Shown here one piece after another: positions 42,398 to 64,000 of a stretch of 64,000 nucleotides of DNA. Source of the stretch: Balanoglossus misakiensis (lineage: Eukaryota; Animalia; Hemichordata); assembly GCA_040954595.2 (NCBI GenBank), contig CM082576.2, positions 10,171,129 to 10,235,128 on the forward strand, given 5' to 3'. The position numbers were made by a program, and so were the translations under genes. The notes under the pieces are model-generated. The model did no database searches and had not been told where the DNA came from. It saw only the letters and a list, made by a program, of their open reading frames with translations. Numbering within the stretch: the stretch's first letter is position 1; each line of letters opens with the position of its first letter.

Positions 42398-43135
42398 TAT
42401 TTCAGATTCATCAAAACTTCCACACAAGACAAGCAGATTGCCCTTATTATACAGAAACCTTGAAAGTAATATGTGAATCACTATGTGACGATAGTTTCAA
42501 GAATACACACATCGAAAATTAGTGACTTGTATAACGCATTTTTTTTCTCAAAATGGTAAAATCACCCACAATACAAGATGAGTTAGTGGACCAAAAAATG
42601 TCACTAGATATGTCTAGGCCTTATAGGGTATCTGCACATCAACAGACCAATCCCCCCCCCCCCAAAAAAAAAAAAAAAAATATGTTAAAGATTCCATTTA
42701 AAATGCTTTGTAATTCTAATATTATAGTCCCAGCAAAGCACACACATCAGCATTTAGTCTGAATTCAAGTAGATCAGTGAAAATATTTGTCTCGGTGGAT
42801 TATGTGAAAACTGACTCAGTGAGTATACGGGTGTTTTATGAAATCCACTACTGGTACATATCAGCAGTTCTACCCATTATGTAAAGCTGAAAGGAATCTG
42901 CAGGAAATTTCTGAACATAAAATCTAAAACTTCATCCTTTGTAATGTTTTCAATGTATTTAAAAAAACTTTTGCGCGCGCGCACACACACAGACAAGAGT
43001 TGTCCACTATTTGATGATCTGATGGCTTTGGCCAGATCTCTCTCATCTTCACAATTAAATAAGACCGGATAATGTTCATGGAGTATACCAAGTATGACTT
43101 GCACTTTAAGACACAGCAATGATTGACAGGCACAC

Positions 43136-46100
43136 TCAGAACCTGAAGAGGCCATTACCATTACTACCCGCACCCCCTCCCTGACCCCCACCCATGCCCA
43201 TACCCCCACCACCCATAGCCCCACCCATACCCCCAGCATGAGGCAAGAACGGGTGGTGCATTGGCGGCAACCCAGCTGCAGCCATGGCGCCCTGGTTTGG
43301 ATTGATGTTTACCATGGCCACGTCGGCCGGTTGCGGTGGCATGTCGGATACACTGGGCACAGCAGAGGCCGGTTGAGATGGCGCTGGTGGCTCCTCTTGG
43401 CTGGCACCGTTCAGTTGGGCCGGACACTCAAAGTGAACGCAGTGGAACACCTGCAAGAGATGAGAACAACAGGATTATTATTTTCTAACAGAACAGAATA
43501 GGAAACGCATATTCCATATCACACCAGTGCAGCTATCTCACGCCCTACTTTCTGTTTTTACTTTGTAAATCGCTCACCTCATTGGCAGTATTGTGAGTTC
43601 CAACAATCTTTATGTATGTCATTGGTCTCTTGTCAAAGAAGACTGTCTGCCAAGATCTGCAATCAAAGCACAAGTGGTTTTAAAAAATGTGTAAATTCAA
43701 GAGATATATCTCATGTATGTAAATACTGGCATGCTAGTGATCAGATACAAGCAGCAAGGGTAGTGTTGGAATCCTTATATCACCGAGACTGATCAACGGA
43801 ACTGCGTCACTTACTTGCACTGGTCCTTCGTTTTGTCAGCCACACGAGTCCAGTTGTGCTGGTCACATGACACCTCAATGGAATAGCTGTAACTTCTGTC
43901 ATCACAGTCCCATAACAAGAGCCTGTCAGGCCAAAACAAAATGACCTTGTCAGTTTTTGGGACAATTCAAACTATATATCCAACATTCCCATGTGGACCA
44001 CAGGAAAGATTGCGTCTGTCTTTAAGATTTTGTCTTAAGATTGGGTGTACATGAGTTGAGGGATTGGGGTAAGAATGGGGAAACACACACCTCATGGATC
44101 CTATGATGAATGGCTGTGCAAGTTGTACAACAATCGCTCCACTGCCCAGCTGGTGGCACGTATAACCAGAGTCCCAGTCGTAATTCTTGGTGTCGCCATT
44201 CAGCAGAGCATTGCGACTTCTACTTACACCTTCTATCACACACGCACTGTTCTGGATTGTCGCTACATTCTCGTTCGGTACTGGAGAACAAAAACATCAA
44301 CAACTGTAACTAAATTTCAATTCCATTATACAAGCACTGAGGTTTTTTTACTTTTGTCACAAGAGCAACTATTGAGTGACAAGTACAGTTTTATAGTAAT
44401 CCGACAAGAATATACAACAAGTATTCAGCAATATGTTTCAACAAAAATCTTATCAATAGATACTAATAGTCTATAAACTGAATCTGAAGCCAAATGTATT
44501 GCTAAATAAAATAGACATATATACATGATGGTGTGCATACATGTATGCACATAATCACACGTACATGCATACACACATTGGAATACTTACCAATAATACC
44601 AGAATCAAGCACAAATGGTTTGTTGGTACACATACATTCAAATGACACCAAGTGAAACACTTTGTTCACAGTGTTGTGTACGCCAACTATTCTGATGTAC
44701 CTGTCAATATGAAATGCCAAAAACAGAACTTCAACAATCAATACAGAAGCTGGACCTCTCTACATTTTATGTGACGGAATCTGATGAGAAGCTCTCACTG
44801 GTTTCTTAGATCACTGTGGTTGTAGAACAGTTCAGAAAATGACCCTTAACTGGTGCAATAGTAATACTACTACAAGAAATGGATGGCGCCTTCTGGGTTA
44901 CCGTACCTGACAACCCTCTGTGCAAAGTGCAATGTTTGCCATGATCTGCACAGATAGTTAGAATGATCTATCACTCTGATCCAGTCTTGTTCATCCATGG
45001 ACACTTCAATGTAGTAAGAATATGACCTGAAAAATAGTTAGAAATATGCAGAGAGAGGGTGACTCAGCCAGACACATCAATAAACTACATGTATATGCAC
45101 ATGAAATGGGAGAAATAACTTGTAGCATCATCCTTTTCACAGATGCATAGTAAATGTGGTTATGTTTAGATACATTTAAAAGTTTCCCATATTGTACTGA
45201 TTATTCAATTTTGTATTTAAAGGTACACAGTCACCTATAATTCACATATGTCCCAAAATGGGTGGCCCTCTCTTTTGCACGTGTGCCACCCACTGAAAAT
45301 CTAGATCTCAATTTGCCATGGTAACTGTAGTTAAATTTCCACAGGTGACCTGATATACCTTTAATGTCATAACCAAATATCCTCAGTTGTATCCACTGAT
45401 GCTACAAGTAACGCACCTCATATCTCTGTCCCACAGCAACATTTTGATTGTATTGATTATGCAAGGCTTCCCTAGCTTAATGACAATTCCACCATTTCCA
45501 GCAGGTTCTTCGATGGGATGCCTGGTAAAGCCTCTGTCCAGGTCATAGTTGGTGGTGTCACCATCCAGCAGAGCCGCTTTCATCTCACCCCGGATCACCT
45601 GACCGCCGTGTCTCATACATGCGACATTTTCTTCAGGTGCTGAAAGTGGCAGACAGAATTTTTTTTTAATTTGAGTTCCTGTACAGTTGTGAAAATGATT
45701 GTGAAACAAACATCTTGGTATGGTTTTTTCTAGTCTGGTAGCTTCTTTCACATTTATGTTTTATGATACAAAGTTACATATACATGTATGATAAATTCAT
45801 CACTTTTCTTTCAGTTTGTTTTTAAAAATATACATTTGGTCATTGATTGGTACCAGTGAAGGGCTTTACCATGTGTTCAAAACAAAGAGCATCTAATAGT
45901 AAATAAAACACTTTCAAACAGTGTTTGATTTTTTATACACACCAAGGTAACCTCTGTAGCACAGCTGCATGTCACGACTCTCCTCCCTCAGCTTGATGGC
46001 ATCCAAGATGGCGTCGGGCGACACCAGGTTGGTCGGTCTGACGGTGTTCAACAAATCTTGCAGACTCATCAATGGAAGTCTGACTGCAGTGACAATGTGG

Positions 46101-47499
46101 GTTGGATCCACCTCTGAGTTGGTCTTGCTCCAATCCAACACTGCGTTGAAGATGTCAATCTCAGTGCCGCAGAACGAGTCCCGGGACATTACATCTCTAA
46201 GTGCTGCCTGGAGATGGAAAATTTCAACTCAGATAAGGATATGTTCTACAGTTGTTATTAAGCAAGTGCACCTTCTACATTTTACACCACTGGTCCTGAG
46301 ACACATTGTTGGAGGGTAAATCTGTCACCTTTCAACTAGATAAGATCATGATTCCTACATGTACTTTAAACTCATAAGCCTACATGTATGTCATAATTTC
46401 TCTATAAAACAATCGGCCCTTGACCTGTACCATATCTAAAACATAAAACCACCATTATTTGTCTCATTTCATTATTATTATTAGACTTCAATGTCATCAT
46501 TTCCCCATACCTTTTGGGTCACAAAATTTTAAGTGAAGCACCACCTCAGTAGGAAAAACGGCTCAGCACAAAACTCACCTCCGATAACGCTAAAAACGAT
46601 TCACTCTTCATGACCTCGCTGGCGTTATTATCCATAAAAGTGAAACAGGTCTCCTTGAGCGAACGCAGCTGATACAGACTTGCTACATCATAGATCAGAC
46701 ACACATTACCAATATTCAAAGTGGCCCTCAGATAGTCAGATATGGAGAGTTCTAAATCGACAAATCCGTAACGATGGGCAAGTCCAAGGATGTCCAACAG
46801 GGAGTCGTCTTTCAGGTCTTGTAAATTCATTTTGCCGGTGTAAATGTACTTAAGTAACGCATGGAAAGCCAGCGAGGTCGTATCTTTTAATTCAATCTCT
46901 GTGCAGTCTGGTCTTGATTCTCGCATCCCGCCAAACAGCAGAGCTCTGAAATAAGATGCAAAAAGTTTATGTTACATGCACGTTTGCTAATGTCTTCTAG
47001 ATGCACATACTCAGTGCTAGTAACTTGGCACAATTCACAGCACATCAAAATACCACCCCCTCCAAAAACAAACTACTAACATACATCTACATTCAGTCAC
47101 ATACATGGAAAGTACGGCCTACAGAATGTTGGCTGATATTCCCATTTTTTTTCTTTTAGAGACACTATACATGGAATATCCACAGATACATTTTGTACTA
47201 AAACCATGTCATACAAGATATAGTGACCATGGTTTCTTCCCAAACAGATCATAAAGGCAGAGGTATTCGATCCAAGTCATCAAATCTCAGAGGTACAATG
47301 ATCGAGAATTTTACCTGAAATATTCGCATCTTGCTGCCAGTATGACGCGGTGTGCATGGAATCGGGTGGTCTCGACGACGAACGTGACATCGCTGTATTC
47401 CTGGTTGAGGAACAAATTTCCAATTTGTTCCGACAGATGGTGGACGTGCTCCACCTCTCCAACCGGAGTGTGCGGTCTCAGTAGATGACTGTCACACAT
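43136..47499 (-). CDS. BTBD9: BTB/POZ domain-containing protein 9 (BTB, BACK, two discoidin-like domains), 10 coding exons
   Basis: Exons 47499-47315, 46945-46579, 46207-45943, 45639-45417, 45026-44907, 44700-44591, 44280-44091, 43922-43815, 43656-43578 and 43450-43136, all GT-AG and phase-compatible. Diagnostic peptides: AHRVILAARCEYFRALL, LLDGDTTNYDLDRGFTRHPI, IEGVSRSRNALLNGDTKNYDWDSGYTCHQLGSG, VFHCVHFECP. Confidence 0.96.
45221..45360. mobile_element. Short TTAA-flanked MITE (Kolobok/piggyBac-like termini) in a BTBD9 intron
   Basis: ttaa|aggtacacagtcacct ... aggtgacctgatatacct|ttaa: imperfect inverted termini with TTAA on both sides. Confidence 0.6.
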
Positions 47500-48286
47500 C
47501 CTGCTGTCAAACCAGAGAATTTTCACGGAGAAGTTATTGAGTTTTGTCCCAACAAACTCTTCACATCTGGAGTACAGACTCGGTCAGTACACGAGACTGA
47601 CTACAACCCCTGCAAGAAAATAATTCGACTGTTTACAATGGTACCATCAACTTTTTGATGACTGTCTGTGCTTTCCTGAGGTCATATAACAGTCTAGAAT
47701 AATAACAGTCCCTCCATCATGGTAAGATATGGTGTGTCCATCTTTATACATTTTTGTCCCATAGCTGTAAATGTAGTTTTCATTACAGCTTTGGACATGG
47801 ATGCTTCTCATTTTCACAAAAAACATCTTTCTAATGCATGAGTGAAAGATTCTTTACGAAGCCTTTTGGTCGAGTCTACAAGCTCGCCATAGACCCTAGG
47901 GTCTATGGTTTAGCCACTAGTAACCGTGGTTTAGCACAGTACTTGTCACGTCAGGCACTATGAACTTCATCTGTCACGCATAACCGTGCAGTGTTTACCC
48001 TTGAATGTTTACCCAAAATTAAAACGACACCGAGACACAAAGATGGCGTACAGTAGTGTCGATCTGTCGTCCAATACCAATATGTAAGGTATTTAGTAGT
48101 TTAGAAGTACGCGACTGATTTATTTTTACAACTACTCGGAGATGATGGATGGTGGAGCTGCGCACTGTAGATTCAACTTTCAAGCAGAGATGCGGTTCCA
48201 CTGCCATGTCCCTCTCCCATAATAATTCTCACGACACTTAAAAATTACCAGTGTGACGTAATTAATTAAACTTGGGAGGTACTCAC

Positions 48287-48345
48287 CCATTCAAACCGGC
48301 GTTTGGTAAACAAGTCGTTGTCACACCCGGAAGAAACTAGAAAAC
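48287..48345 (-). promoter_or_regulatory. Probable non-coding first exon and promoter of BTBD9
   Basis: Strong donor G|GTGAGT at 48287/48286 and an ETS-like ccggaag near 48327. The first coding exon has an acceptor 1 nt before its ATG, so an upstream exon is required. Boundaries are approximate. Confidence 0.45.
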
Positions 48346-51300
48346 CTTCACCATGTTTACCGTGAAAATACAACGCCGCCCTCAGAATGGATCCCACAAT
48401 GCATCAGAGCTAATATAAACCGGATGTAGGTGAGGCCCGCAGGTCCAGAGATGATTGCTTGCCAGACAAAAATAAAAGCATCCTTTAACTTCTGAGACTG
48501 GAAATTCAACGAAACTGAAGCAGAGCTGTTGGACTTGAGCACGGGGTGGGGGTGGGGGGGGCCGTACATGCATATATTGGACCCTTTTTCACGTGCTTGG
48601 ATTTCCAAGGTCTAGCGCCACCAACGGGCTATCTAGGCATGTAGCCAACCTTGCCTTTAGGGATTCGCATTTCCAGAAATGTACGATTTCAATCGATGGT
48701 AGAAAAACCAATACATATATCATTCCAAAAAGAAACACAGACACTTTGTATTATATATTCACATTACTTTATTAACTTGTGCATGGACATACACTATATT
48801 GAAATTGACTAACTACTAAAGAAGTGAATTATTTTGAAGGGCACCCCCAATTATCAGTCAGTTTTCACTTCATCACTGACAAAACTGTCCTGTATAGAAG
48901 CATGCAGGCATAAAAATTTGAAAGAGCAAAATATGATATAAAAATACACAAAAGATTTTGGTCATAATAACGCAAGCCCTAACACATGAAACGCTGTGTG
49001 CAATACCGCAAAAAGAAAAAGAAAAAAGGTGTCCGAAAACAACCTCAAAGTAGTGTATTTTCAATTTAATTTTCATCTAGTGGCAGTGGTTTTTTTTTTC
49101 TATTGTGTGTGACATGGCTGCAGAGATCAACAACACAAGAAAGTACATGAAATGCCATAGAAAGTGCCAATCACATTAGCTGGGTGTGACAAAAAACTGT
49201 TGATATTATGCCCCATTTTTCCAAATATCAATTTCGGGTTCCAAGCATGACTGAGGTAAATGCCCAGTATGCCTGAAGACTCCCTCCTTCGAATAAAAGG
49301 CTAGTTCCGGAGATAAATTGCTTTACAGTGGTCAAAGGTACTGCAGCAGCTCAATTCAAACACTGCAAAACAATGGGCGTGAATTCTGTCCAAACTTTGC
49401 ATCCAAGCACCAACTCTGACGCGAGTGCAGAAACTGCTGGTCGACAGACTACACTCAGTTGTATGCAAGAGGTCAAGTGAGGTCAAAACTCATCCCACTG
49501 TTGCAGTATTGTCTTTAGCCACTGTGCAAGACATAATCCTCTATTTCATGGATAATTGCAAATAACCAATGGGGATCTAGGAAAAGTATATCCACTACAT
49601 GACAATAAACGGAAACCTTGGTTGAGTTGGATGAAACTGAGCTTGCCTTCTCCAAGAGGAAAACATCAGCAAACACTGCAGGAAGTAAGCATCTAAAATG
49701 GTGCTACAAAAAATCAAACTTGATTTCTACAAAGTTCCACCTTCCTTGTACCAGTACGAATTTTACAATTCAAGATTTGAAACAGCAGATCTGATACAAG
49801 GAAGACAGATTACAGATATGAAGGTACGGGAACAAAACTTCACATGAAAGGCGCATCTAAGATGGCAATATACAGTACTTTAAACACTGAAGTTGTTTCT
49901 TATAACACGAATAGTTTGAATGCGACGTCTAATTACTGTGACGACAGGCTGCAGCCACTAGTGCACAGCTATAAAGTACAATATGACTGCTTGGACATAT
50001 GGTGCATATCACATTAGCCTGACAATAAATGTAACAGAAAAAAATTTAATACATGTATATACAACATATCTTTCTCAGAAAAAAATCAACATAAATAAGT
50101 TTTACGCTTTGCTTTTTCCCTCTAAAAAAAACATTGCGAGAGAGCAAAAGGCTCTGTACTGGTCGGAAGAAATCCATCGCATGGCAAATCCAGTGTCAGT
50201 TTTATCAACAAATTTTTTGCAAAATTTTGGCATAATTGCAAAATACACATCATTTATACACTATACATCACAACTTACTTGTGCTTAAAAAGTTTACTGG
50301 ATAAAAACAATGGGCAGACTTCATATTGCCAACCGCTAAACCTCGTAATGATCCCAACTGCGTACATGGTACACACAAATCAACTCAAACGTAATCAGAA
50401 AAATGTACACATCATTAAATTTGCTGACTCAATAAGCAAACTGATTATTCTCTGTTCATGATTCTAAACTGTCTTTTTCATATAATTTCTCCATTTCACA
50501 ATACACACTGGTGATAGGTTCTTTTTTCGTTTCAAATATGTACTACAGAATTCTGAATTGCGATGGCTGCTTGGTTCAAGACATCAGCTTCTATTAGAAA
50601 GCAATTGCTGACACAAGTTTCAATTTTTTCATGAACACAGAATGAAAACAACTTTTGAAAAGAAAATGTCCACTGTTGATGGGCTGGAAAGCTTAATCTT
50701 TATGCAGTACGCACAGAAACACATTGTAGATTCACTGACTGACTACATTTGTACTATGCTAGCCACATTTCTAAGAAGCTCTAGTCATGTACATGAAGCG
50801 AAACTGACAGAAGTATTGCCATGGGATGGCACCTTATGACGAGTTGGGGGGACAATTTTGTGCAAGAATCTCGTGAATATTAATGATTTGTATCTAGCTA
50901 ATTATTGACACGTTATATCTGCAGCATCTGTAACCAAATCCTACTTACATTAATTTAATGTACTCGATTTTTAAACAGTGACTTGACATTGATTTCTCGT
51001 AGAAACGGTTAATTCGTGAACAACACTAACTTCTGACGACTGCTGCTAAAAGACTTAAACTTTCCATTGCAACCACTTTGCTTTTCAATCGTCAGCTTTT
51101 TTAATATCACAAGGCCCGAAAAGCTTCACCAGAATGGTTATAATGTATTGACACAGAGAATCAACCAGGTGCAATTTGAAGCCTGCAATGACTTGAATGA
51201 ACACAGAATTTTTTTCTTCCCCAGACACCTACGACAGAATGACTACCAGGTTACTGCTGGGAATACACAAACATGTGGACACACAGACACACACAAATGG

Positions 51301-51419
51301 GACTAGAGTTTCAAACCTCACTAAATTTCTGGAATTACAACACTTGGTTTGAATATTCACAATGACAGGTTCATTCTTAACAAATAGTGATGAGGATTTT
51401 TCTTTTCTCTTTTTTGTTT

Positions 51420-63516
<12,097 letters not shown>

Positions 63517-64000
63517 CTGCAAAATACAAACAACATGCATCAGCCGCAGCTCTGCTAAAAGTATGACATCAGACTGAGAAACAAAGCTGGCTTGCCGTTT
63601 ATTAACTGGATTCATGAGTCACCCTTACCACAGCTACAAATCCTTTTTTTTTCTGTTTTGATCTCGCAAATTATTCAATTACTGCCTCTAAGGACATTAC
63701 GCCATCGATGTCCTTCCTGTCAATTTCATGTGATTAAACACTGACAATTATTTCAATGACTTTGCAGCTTTTAAATATTGACATATTTGCGTGTGTTTCT
63801 CTTTACTGGTTATTTGTATATACATGCTATCCAAGTTAATATTAACACAACTGACACAAAATTGAAAAATTAGTATGGGCAACCATGCTTCCCCGATGAC
63901 TGTTAGTGATGACACATGACGGTTTTTGACAAGTCCAGACACCAACAGTTGATAATTACGCAGCAATGCGCCTGAGCAGTATCCTGATGTACCCGGTAAT

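Overview
Intron-rich animal genomic DNA, probably from an invertebrate deuterostome (inferred from the KLC tail and the gene content; not provable from this window). Left to right: three tandem minus-strand Shisa-family genes with identical 4-exon structure. The first two are separated by a ~14 kb array of an 88-bp satellite with inverted outer layers and five copies of a captured flank. Next come a 7-exon HPGD-like short-chain dehydrogenase (+) and a plus-strand gene whose splice phases join a degenerate RXFP/GRL101-like 7TM domain to a C-terminal pseudokinase. That kinase C-lobe is split by a ~870-aa low-complexity insert, and this gene is the most unusual feature of the window. The window ends with BTBD9 (-), which has a TA-flanked MITE in its probable 3' UTR, and the 3' part of kinesin light chain (-), which has a duplicated mutually exclusive TPR6 exon, a candidate 6-nt microexon and further candidate alternative tail exons. 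All exon models were assembled by eye from splice signals and phase; none is confirmed by transcript data.
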